From the IMG/VR virus record IMGVR_UViG_2926965794_000002, positions 32,001 to 96,000 of that record: 64,000 nucleotides of DNA, one strand, 5' to 3'. Made by a program: the position numbers and the translations under genes. Source of the DNA: a virus. Lineage: Duplodnaviria > Caudoviricetes. Positions 37,341 to 45,295 of this stretch are shown one piece after another; within the stretch, counting starts at the first letter, position 1; every line of letters begins with the position of its first letter. The notes under the pieces were generated by a model, which was not told the origin of the DNA, ran no database searches, and saw only the letters and a program-made list of their open reading frames with translations.

Positions 37341-37556
37341 CTACGATCGATTTTGCGCGGCCCGGCTGCGCTTCTTCTTCGTCGTGCGCCGATTCTTCGG
37401 CTGCGATCGCTTCGCTGCCGGCGTCGTCGGCGCGTCCTTTGCTGCGGCCGCGGCATCACGGGCATCAAGCTCGCGCTTCAACGCCTGATTACGCTCCCAG
37501 TTGGCTTCGCGGAAAGCGCGGAGTCCGTCAGCGCGCGTAGTTGGCTCTTTTGACAT
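37341..37556 (-). CDS. Small basic hypothetical protein
   Basis: GGAGG RBS; stop codon overlaps the last B repeat. Confidence 0.55.
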   Translation of the reverse strand: MSKEPTTRADGLRAFREANWERNQALKRELDARDAAAAAKDAPTTPAAKRSQPKNRRTTKKKRSRAAQNRS

Positions 37557-37565
37557 GCCTCCCTC

Positions 37566-37910
37566 CTACGATCTCATGCGGTTTGCTCGAGCCTGAATGC
37601 CCGACCTGGTGTTGTGCGAGTTGCAGGCGCAGCGCCCGTTGGTCAGATCCAGCGCTAGTTCCGGATTGTCGCGGATATCCCTGATGTGGTCGGCATACAT
37701 CTGGTGACCGTTGGCGCGGCTGCGCTCGCAGCGGAGGCCGTTCTCGACATACTCGCAACGCCAGCCGGCGCGCCGCTTCACCTTCTCGGCCCAGTCCTTG
37801 TGCTCGGCGGTCTGGTAGTGAGGATCCGCGCGCTTCGGCAGGATTGTCGCCTTCCGGGTGTCCAGCGTCTGGATGCGCGAGCTGAGGCTCGGAATGCGAG
37901 CTCGAGTCAC
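37566..37910 (-). CDS. Phage HNH endonuclease (terminase-associated type)
   Basis: C..C, ADHI, LDLTNG, CNSHN motifs; size and position. Confidence 0.85.
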   Translation of the reverse strand: MTRARIPSLSSRIQTLDTRKATILPKRADPHYQTAEHKDWAEKVKRRAGWRCEYVENGLRCERSRANGHQMYADHIRDIRDNPELALDLTNGRCACNSHNTRSGIQARANRMRS

Positions 37911-38101
37911 CGCCCACCCCCTTTCTCATTGCGCCTTGGGCCGAACATCTTCCGGCCCATCGAGCGAAGCATCTCGCGCTGATCCCAGGTCATCTGGTCG
38001 CGATCGACGTCGACCAGGAGGAGACCGTATTCACGCCAAACCCGCTGTTTCGTTTCCAGGGGGGTCTCACGGGTGTTGGGGGCAAACCTTCCAAGCGACA
38101 T
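37907..38101 (-). CDS. Small hypothetical protein
   Basis: 64 aa, coupled to HNH. Confidence 0.55.
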   Translation of the reverse strand: MSLGRFAPNTRETPLETKQRVWREYGLLLVDVDRDQMTWDQREMLRSMGRKMFGPRRNEKGGGR

Positions 38102-38111
38102 CGATCCAGCC

Positions 38112-39023
38112 CTACTTCCGCAAGCCCATGCCGGCAGCGGTCTTCAACCGCCGTACCGCGTCCCATGTCCGGTCGATGATCTCGACACCGTCGTAAAGCC
38201 TCACCAGCGCGTTCAGCGCGATCCGGAAGTCGGAGTTGTTGGTGCGATGCTCCTCGCCGCCATGCATCCGGACGTCCTCGCTGCTGCACTCGAGACCGAT
38301 CCTGACGAGGAGGATGTCGAACTGCCGCTGGCCGAGCCGGCGCTCGACATCCCGGAGACGTCCGCTGGCCTCGAGGGCGATGGTGTGCGAGGGCGAGCCG
38401 CCGCCGCCGCCATCGACCTTGTCCTGCAGCGCGAAGCCTCGCGATCCGTGGAACGTGGCCAAGTCGAAATCGCGTCGGAAGCGATCTGCGGCGCTCTGGC
38501 GCAGCTTGTCCTCTGGATCCGCGGCGCCGCGTTTCTTGGATTCCGTGAGATTGAGGTGCGACGCTCGGACCGTGTCGACCAGTACGTTGAGCCTTGGATT
38601 TTGTGGGTCCGGGATGGTGTGCTTGCGCCGGCCGCTGGCCAGGCGCTCGGCTTCGTCTGCCGCCTTCTGCTCTTTTTTGGTGAGCGGCTTGCCCCAGAGA
38701 TTCAGCGGGTCGGTGGAGTCGATCGTCCCGCTTCGGAAGCCCTGCTGGAACAGCTTGTTCCGGTGCAAGGCCTCCTTCACGCGGCGCGCACCCTCGGTGT
38801 CGCGGTCCATCAGGTACTCGACCACGAACTCCTGGATGACGCGCTGCCGGCGGCGCGTCTCCTCAAACAGGAGCTGACCTTCATAGGTCAGCCCCTTGTA
38901 CGACTCCATTGGTCGAGCGCGCCGGATGTCGCGCATGAAAGCACGGGCTCGGCGATCGCGCTCCTTGTCGACGTGTACCGGTGCGATATCCGTGATCTGT
39001 GCTTGAGACATTCTATCCTCCAC
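38112..39023 (-). CDS. Putative late-gene regulator (DUF6456-like)
   Basis: AADRFRRDF..KVDGG..RLG..FRIALNALVRLY pattern; occupies the Q-like position. Confidence 0.55.
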   Translation of the reverse strand: MEDRMSQAQITDIAPVHVDKERDRRARAFMRDIRRARPMESYKGLTYEGQLLFEETRRRQRVIQEFVVEYLMDRDTEGARRVKEALHRNKLFQQGFRSGTIDSTDPLNLWGKPLTKKEQKAADEAERLASGRRKHTIPDPQNPRLNVLVDTVRASHLNLTESKKRGAADPEDKLRQSAADRFRRDFDLATFHGSRGFALQDKVDGGGGGSPSHTIALEASGRLRDVERRLGQRQFDILLVRIGLECSSEDVRMHGGEEHRTNNSDFRIALNALVRLYDGVEIIDRTWDAVRRLKTAAGMGLRK

Positions 39024-39726
39024 GCAGAATCACGAATAAGTTTTGCGGAGGTGATTTGTCTACGATTGCAAGCGGAAAGTTGACGGCTCATCCACCGTCG
39101 ATCTGTCTTTGACCCGGGAGGTACTCATACATCGCCGGTGATTTCGCTTCGCCGGACATCGACGCCTCTGGTCAATCGTAGCTAAGTTGCGATAGTCGAC
39201 GTGGCGACCTAACCGAGGACTTCCGGTTACCCTCGAACGGCCGACCTTTCCGGTGGTCATACAGACCGTCAGCCAACAGGAGACATCAGGAGGTTGCCCT
39301 CGCTAGGCCACCAACTGGACTATTAGAGACGGAGCGTAGGACCGCGGGCGCAGCCACCACTTACTAGTAGCGATCTTACGACGCACAGCCGCGCCAAGAA
39401 GCAACCTTTACAATAGCACCAACGCTGTGGCACCATCCAGACGTGCATGAACTTTTGACGTTGTCTGGCCGACGGAGACGGCATGGCGCGCGACGTTCTC
39501 ACATGCCAGCGCAGAGTTGAGCGCGACCATCATCGCACGGTTGCGGCGGGATTAGCTTTGCTTTTCGCCGGTTTGGTATTTGGCTTCATACCATTCGCGC
39601 ATGCCGACGATTTTGAACCTGTGAGCACTCTGCAATTCGTGGCCCGCCTGGTCTGGGTGGTACTGAAGTGCTGTAGCTATTGGTTATTGCAGATTGAAGA
39701 GAGGGCGTTTTTTGGAGGAGGCGTTC

Positions 39727-40806
39727 ATGACGTTTTTTGCAACGCGCAATCAAGCATTCTTTCTTGCACTTCTACTGTCATTGTTCAGTTCGCCTGCTTT
39801 GTCCTTTTCTCTTGTCGAGTTTTTAGGCTTGGACAAAGAGACGAAAAGGCTTCAAGACGAACTCGATAAAACTCGCGCAGATGTCAAATACATTGCAGAA
39901 AAAGCGATAAGGGCTGTTCCGGGCGAACGGTATCTTCAACTCATTGACGATCTTCACTCGGGGGACCCTGCGAAAGCAGAAGCCGCCCGTAATTTTCTGA
40001 GAAGCCTTGCAAATATTGACCCTCAGACGACTTACAAAGCGAGCGTGTGGTTCTCGTTCGATCCAAACAAGAATGGTGGGAAGTTCATGCAGGACATGAC
40101 TCGGGTGGTTCTGCCTCATCCGATCTTGTTGCAGAAATACGCCGATGACTCCCTCAATTTGGAGCCGGCTCAAGTAAACAATTGGGAGCCACTTAACGCC
40201 GCCGAGATCGAAGCCCTCATGACGCAAAAGGCAAATGATTTTGTAGTCGGTCTAGTGGGGCAAAGGAAACAAGCCCCCGTTCCGGGTACCGGCGATAACA
40301 GCCTTGGTATTCCGGCGTCACAGGTTCACGTTTACGATTCGGTGATCAATTCGCGCATTCCTATCGACGATAAGACGGCTATCGCACAGACAGATGAGAA
40401 AGTTGCGAACTTGAAAACTCCTCTGATTGAGGCGATCAAAAGTTCGCATGCGTTCAAGCCGCCGAAGACGGACGCCTACGAGCGGTCAAAATCGTGGAAT
40501 CCGCTGGATCAGCACAACTATGTTGTCATCTTCCTCAGCGAGGATACGTTCAACAACCACGATAAATTTGAGATTCAGTTTGTCATTAAAGACGTCAAGT
40601 CTTCGAAGGCTACACTGAATGACCGACCGCCGAAGAAGTTCAGTCCGGCGGATTTCAACCCCGCGGTGAATAAGCCGATAAAGAACAAGTATGGGCAGAC
40701 ACTCTATTGGACGTCATACGAGGTGACAGGAGAAGCCTTGTTTAGTCCCGACACAGCAAAAGAGATTGAGAATTTGCTGGCTGCGGTGAAGTCCATTCCG
40801 AAATAG
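39727..40806 (+). CDS. Secreted hypothetical cargo protein
   Basis: GGAGG RBS, signal peptide (FFLALLLSLFSSPALS), lower GC, opposite strand. Confidence 0.75.
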   Translation: MTFFATRNQAFFLALLLSLFSSPALSFSLVEFLGLDKETKRLQDELDKTRADVKYIAEKAIRAVPGERYLQLIDDLHSGDPAKAEAARNFLRSLANIDPQTTYKASVWFSFDPNKNGGKFMQDMTRVVLPHPILLQKYADDSLNLEPAQVNNWEPLNAAEIEALMTQKANDFVVGLVGQRKQAPVPGTGDNSLGIPASQVHVYDSVINSRIPIDDKTAIAQTDEKVANLKTPLIEAIKSSHAFKPPKTDAYERSKSWNPLDQHNYVVIFLSEDTFNNHDKFEIQFVIKDVKSSKATLNDRPPKKFSPADFNPAVNKPIKNKYGQTLYWTSYEVTGEALFSPDTAKEIENLLAAVKSIPK

Positions 40807-40846
40807 GCGTGGCGTCCTCGCGAAGATCCTACTTTTGGAGGACATT

Positions 40847-41152
40847 ATGATTAGATCGTTTTGTTGTTTGACAATCGTAGGCGCTCTAGTCTTTGGCCAG
40901 ACTGGTCACGTCAGTGCAAACCGGCTGGACGATTTAAGGGTTCGACTACAGCTTCACTCTCAAGCACGGGAAGGGGGATCGTCTTCCGATCGGCCCGCTT
41001 GTTCACCGAACGGCGAAGCTAACGCCTGCTATCACAACGGCTCAAAATGCTTCGTAGTTGTATTGATGTGTTATTCCTGCTGTTTTGGCAGTCAAGGAAC
41101 CTCAAAAGGGGAAAAGGGACTACCCTGCGGGGTGTGCATAGGATTCGATTAG
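40847..41152 (+). CDS. Small secreted cysteine-rich protein
   Basis: GGAGGA RBS, signal peptide, 8 Cys in the last 50 aa. Confidence 0.65.
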   Translation: MIRSFCCLTIVGALVFGQTGHVSANRLDDLRVRLQLHSQAREGGSSSDRPACSPNGEANACYHNGSKCFVVVLMCYSCCFGSQGTSKGEKGLPCGVCIGFD

Positions 41153-41308
41153 TCAGCGCATTGGTCCGGTCTTGAGCCCGATCGAATATTTGCCATTCAC
41201 GCATCGGATAGGCTTGGGCGTAGAGCATGAGCACGCCAAATAAACTGGCTCCCTCTCCCGTGTTCGCCTGGCTTGACCGAGGCGGGCTCCCTTGGTCGGC
41301 TATGGGTC

Positions 41309-41715
41309 GATTCCGTTGAAAAAGGCCGGCAGTTTTCGTTGTAATAGCTCCGTCGCGACGTGGCCGAACTGCTCTACCGACCCTATGCGAGCCTCGGGCT
41401 GGGCATCGGGATCAGCTTGGCCATCTTTCGAAGGTTCTGGGCGGTGGCTGCGAGGATGAACTCGTCGCGCGCGCCGTTCGGACCTCGTAAACGCAAACGG
41501 TCGAGCTTGAGAATGCGCTTGAGGTGCGCGAACAACATCTCGATTTTCTTGCGGAGCCGGCGCGAGGTGCCTCCCTCCCACGATCTCGCGATCTGGCGCG
41601 CCATGTCGCGAGCGCCCTCGTAGATCGAGCGCGGCCCTCTCCGTGAAGCCTGCTTGGGGCAACACCGAGCCTTCAATGCGCATCGATCACAATCGCGCTT
41701 GCTGGCGAGGTAAAG
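41309..41715 (-). mobile_element. IS1182-family transposase remnant (3' fragment plus right end)
   Basis: RKKIEMLFAHLKRILKLDRLRLRG..DEFILAATAQNLRKMAK C-terminus; TTTTTCAACGGAATC end-like sequence; 5' part missing. Confidence 0.8.
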
Positions 41716-41733
41716 CGGACAACCAACTGAGAG

Positions 41734-43164
41734 TCAAAATGGGATTTCCTCTCTGTTGCCATTGCCCCCGAACATCATCCGAGGGCCGTTGAAGTCGATC
41801 TCTTTCCACTTGCTGCCGGTGCCGCTGCGGTTCTTGAACACGGCGAAAGCCGCCTTGTCCTTCCAGATGTCATATTCCCGCAACCAGCGATCGCGCTGCT
41901 CTCGCCCCTTCGGGTTGTCTTCCCCCGCCGGCTCCGGCTCGTTGTCGCGGAGCCAGATCTTCGGGATCGTCAAGCCGATGATGATGTCGCTGTTCTCGAC
42001 GATGAGCCCGCCGCCGTAGATGTCGCCGCTGCCGAATTTCCAGCTGGGCGCGCGCTGCCCCTCGCGAGTCAGCTGGGCCAGCTGCCAAACGACGCCGTCG
42101 AGTTCCTTGGCAAGATCCTTGGTGTACGCCGACGCATATTCGACGGTCCGGACGACGTTCCAATGCTCCTGCTCGGGCTCGACCAGCTTCAGGTGGTCGA
42201 TGCAGAACTGCTTCACGCCATACCGGCGCTTCGCCTTCCGGAACTCGTTGCCGATCTGCTTGATCGTCATCCGGCTGCGGTCTTGGACCCAGACCTTGAT
42301 GGACTCGAGCTGCTCCTTCGCTCGCCGGATATCGAGGAATTCTTTCTGGTTGAAGTCGCCGCTGATCTGCTTCTTTACCGAGACGCCGGACAGTGACGCG
42401 ATGTCGCGATATGCGATCTGCTCCGCCGACATTTCGAGGCTGAGCGAAAACCCCGGGAAGATGCTCGTCTCGTCCAGCGACGGGCCGGCGTTGTCGCGCA
42501 GGATCTGCGCCATCAATGCCGATTTGCCGTGGCCCGATGGCGCCGCCAGCGTGACTGTAGTGCCGCCGACGATTGGACCGAGAACCTCGTCCAGCTCCGG
42601 GATCTTGGTCAGGACACCCACGGCGCGCTTGCCGCGGTGCTCGTAGGCCTCTCCGGCCTTCGTCATGGCGCTGGTGGCGGCGTCACCCAGCGTCACGGCG
42701 TGCCGCACCCGGTCGTGATCGTCGACGACCCGCAGCAAGTCGTCGATGTCCTGGCGCGTCTGGTCGAAGGTCTTGCCCGGCGCCGTGGCGATCTTGCCGA
42801 GCTCGACGCGCGCGCGCTCGCGCCAGGCCAGCACGATATCGTCTACGAAGTCGAGTGCGCTGCTGACGTCCGAGGCCTTCTCGATCAGCACCGCTAGGAC
42901 CGCTTCGACCGAACCGATGCCTTCGAATTCTACCGGCAGCTTTGACTCGAGCAGCGACAGGCTGAGGCCGGGCCCGTTGAGGCAGCAGTCCTCCACCGCA
43001 GTAAAGATGGCCCGGTGATGCGGGAGCGTGAATTGATCGGCGTGCAGCCGGTCCGAAACCGCCCAGAACGACTCCGCCGCCCCGAGGATCTTTCCAATGA
43101 CGGCTTCTTCGGCCCTGATGTTTTGGGTCGGCTTGTTGGATTGTGGGGTCTCGCGGCGGCTCAA
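41734..43164 (-). CDS. dnaB: Replicative DNA helicase, DnaB-like
   Basis: AEEAVIG, AAPSGHGKS, SLEMS, IDHL, AQLTR, KNRSG motifs. Confidence 0.9.
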   Translation of the reverse strand: MSRRETPQSNKPTQNIRAEEAVIGKILGAAESFWAVSDRLHADQFTLPHHRAIFTAVEDCCLNGPGLSLSLLESKLPVEFEGIGSVEAVLAVLIEKASDVSSALDFVDDIVLAWRERARVELGKIATAPGKTFDQTRQDIDDLLRVVDDHDRVRHAVTLGDAATSAMTKAGEAYEHRGKRAVGVLTKIPELDEVLGPIVGGTTVTLAAPSGHGKSALMAQILRDNAGPSLDETSIFPGFSLSLEMSAEQIAYRDIASLSGVSVKKQISGDFNQKEFLDIRRAKEQLESIKVWVQDRSRMTIKQIGNEFRKAKRRYGVKQFCIDHLKLVEPEQEHWNVVRTVEYASAYTKDLAKELDGVVWQLAQLTREGQRAPSWKFGSGDIYGGGLIVENSDIIIGLTIPKIWLRDNEPEPAGEDNPKGREQRDRWLREYDIWKDKAAFAVFKNRSGTGSKWKEIDFNGPRMMFGGNGNREEIPF

Positions 43165-44252
43165 ACGTAAGTCTCCTGGTGCCTGCGCACGTTCCAGATG
43201 TCGAGGTAATCGGTTCGCATGCGTGGTTCGGGTTGGCTGTCGTGCCGCCTGCCGACCACCACCATGCGTTCATGAAGTTTGCGGACCGCGGCGCGGCCCG
43301 CCGGCTCGGTGAGGACGAGGTCGCCGTCTTGGCGTCGCCATGGCTTGTCGCCGTCCGGGAATGACGTGATCCGCTCCACCTCCATCGGCGGCTCGAAGCC
43401 AGAGACGCCGCTGGTGCTGAGCCCAGCCCAAACTGGATGGCGGTAGCGAACCAGCGCGCGCGCCGCCAGGCAGGTTTCCAGTCCCTCGCCGAGACCGATG
43501 TGCGCCGCGACGCCGCCGATCCGAACGGCCCCGCCGGCAGCAACGCCGGCGCCGATCTTGGCCTTGTCGACCGGCGCCTTGGCGGCCTTCGCTGGGTCGA
43601 GGTGGATTTTCCAAATGGCCGTCAAGTCGCCGAACACGTCATCGACACGGCAGACCAGCGTCGGGAACGAGAGGCGGGTGTCGAGGTCATAGGCCACACT
43701 GCGGTGGAAGCGCAGACAGTCATCCCAGCCACCTGGCGGCACTGGGATGCCGCGAGCGAGAAGATAGGCCTCAGCGTGCGTGCCGGCGATCGTGACAGCC
43801 TCGGACCAGATCTCGGCCGCTGTGTGCTGGCGCGCCTGCACATGCTCAGCGGCCCGCTTATCGTCAGCGGCGCGCTTGGCGGCGGCCGCTTCGGCGCGGT
43901 CTTCCCGCTTCTTTCGCTCTTCCGGTGTCTCTTCGCGGGCGCGATCGAGACCGACGAACTCCCGGGCCCGGTCGAACACCTCGGCGTTGGCCCTGTGGCT
44001 GTTGGTGAGACCATAGGCAAACAGGTTGATCTCATCGCCGCCGATGCCGGCCGAACTCCTGACCCATGCGCCACGCTCGTACTTGCCCACCTTGGCGAGG
44101 TAAACGACGAACGAACCGAGATCTTTTTGCGATGCCGGCGCGCAATAAGCCAACCGACCCTTGGTCACATGACCGGGCCAGAAATGCTTCAGCACCTGTT
44201 CGAGCATTTCGTTCAGGCGCTTCTTGATCTCGGCAGTATCCTCTCGCGTCAT
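43161..44252 (-). CDS. Toprim-domain primase
   Basis: AEAYLLARGI, LRFH, GEGLET, WAGLS, FPDGD motifs. Confidence 0.85.
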   Translation of the reverse strand: MTREDTAEIKKRLNEMLEQVLKHFWPGHVTKGRLAYCAPASQKDLGSFVVYLAKVGKYERGAWVRSSAGIGGDEINLFAYGLTNSHRANAEVFDRAREFVGLDRAREETPEERKKREDRAEAAAAKRAADDKRAAEHVQARQHTAAEIWSEAVTIAGTHAEAYLLARGIPVPPGGWDDCLRFHRSVAYDLDTRLSFPTLVCRVDDVFGDLTAIWKIHLDPAKAAKAPVDKAKIGAGVAAGGAVRIGGVAAHIGLGEGLETCLAARALVRYRHPVWAGLSTSGVSGFEPPMEVERITSFPDGDKPWRRQDGDLVLTEPAGRAAVRKLHERMVVVGRRHDSQPEPRMRTDYLDIWNVRRHQETYV

Positions 44253-44491
44253 GCCAACCCTGCAGCCGCCTCGATCGCTTGTCGCTTCAGGTTCGCCCAG
44301 AGCCGATCACAAGCCGCTCCATCATTCTCGTGGTGATACCGGCGCCATGCGCGCTTGCGGCGCCCGTAGACGCGTCGCCGGTCGACGGGCAGCGCACGCC
44401 AATGGTCGCCGCAAATCCATTCCGTGGGCGGGGCAAACCGCCCAGTGGTGCGCCGGCAGAACGGCACGCAGCATCGGACACGTTCTGTCAA
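44249..44491 (-). CDS. Small Cys/His (Zn-finger-like) protein
   Basis: CCVPFC..WICGDHW; TTG start overlapping the upstream stop. Confidence 0.55.
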   Translation of the reverse strand: MTERVRCCVPFCRRTTGRFAPPTEWICGDHWRALPVDRRRVYGRRKRAWRRYHHENDGAACDRLWANLKRQAIEAAAGLA

Positions 44492-45294
44492 AGCAAGTTC
44501 TCCTGCTTCGGCTCGGGCGCGGCAACCGGCGGCGGCGCCAGCGGGTCGGCCGGCTTCCACTTGTCGTAGTCTCCTGCGATCTCCTCGTAGACGCGGGGGT
44601 GCTGCCGCTTGAAGTTCGGGAAGTGCGGGCCGCGGAGATAGCGGCCGGCATCGAGCGCGAGCCAGCCGCCGCCCGATGGCAACCAGCGGCGGTGATCGAT
44701 GTTGACGTGCTTGAAGTCCGAGCGCAGCAGATAGCCGCGCTTCTCCAAGATCACGGCAATCTTGATCGCAGCCACCTTCCAAGACGTCAGCTGCACTGGT
44801 GATGGAGAGCCCGCCAGGACATCTGGCACATATTCCGGCAATCGGTGTCGAAATGCCGGGGCCCACTCATGCCAGTCATCGCGCCAGGTGGAATGCTGAA
44901 GATCAGGCAGTAATGGGCGGAATGCAGGACGCTCCGACCACACCGGGTAATGGTCGGGCCTCTTCGTCGGCGAAACCCGGATAATCGTCAGCCCGATGTA
45001 AGCGCAGATCAATTCGTAGCCGACGGCGTGCTCGTCCGGAACCAAGACCGCTCGGCAGTCCGGCGCCATTCGGTCGGCGTCCCAGGCGCCATATTCATCC
45101 AGGGACTGGTTGATGACGTGCAGGCCCATGCGCAGCTTCGCTTGGATGCCGATTTGAAATCCGTCGACATCCCTGACGAGAAGGATGTCCCAGTTTCCGG
45201 TTTCCGGATACGCGGTCCAGCCCTCTGGCAAAGCGCCAATGAAGCGCTTGCAGAGAGCGGCTTCCGTGGCGAACATCGGTGCTGCCTTCGCCAT
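44488..45294 (-). CDS. Hypothetical protein, possible PD-(D/E)XK fold
   Basis: YPE..WDIL..IGIQAK pattern; start trimmed to MAKAAP. Confidence 0.6.
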   Translation of the reverse strand: MAKAAPMFATEAALCKRFIGALPEGWTAYPETGNWDILLVRDVDGFQIGIQAKLRMGLHVINQSLDEYGAWDADRMAPDCRAVLVPDEHAVGYELICAYIGLTIIRVSPTKRPDHYPVWSERPAFRPLLPDLQHSTWRDDWHEWAPAFRHRLPEYVPDVLAGSPSPVQLTSWKVAAIKIAVILEKRGYLLRSDFKHVNIDHRRWLPSGGGWLALDAGRYLRGPHFPNFKRQHPRVYEEIAGDYDKWKPADPLAPPPVAAPEPKQENLL

Positions 45295-45295
45295 C

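Larger units (their letters stand above)
30906..37355 (+). repeat. Repeat family B: polar repeats, consensus CYCGGCTACGRYCGATTT(TG), plus shorter CCCGGYTGCGCC relatives
   Basis: Long copies near 30906, 31764, 31789, 33657, 34274, 34841, 35388, 35417, 36927, 36956, 37334; short copies near 30925, 30961, 31030, 33420, 34257; all on the plus strand. Confidence 0.85.

Noticed and set aside
26590-37355. Island as an integron cassette array
   Set aside because: The repeats lack attC RYYYAAC/GTTRRRY ends and length, repeat A sits at gene starts, and no tyrosine recombinase is in the window.
39483-39869. 128 aa plus-strand ORF before the cargo gene
   Set aside because: Overlaps the better-supported 39727 gene by about 140 nt and has no recognisable motif; may be a gene fragment.
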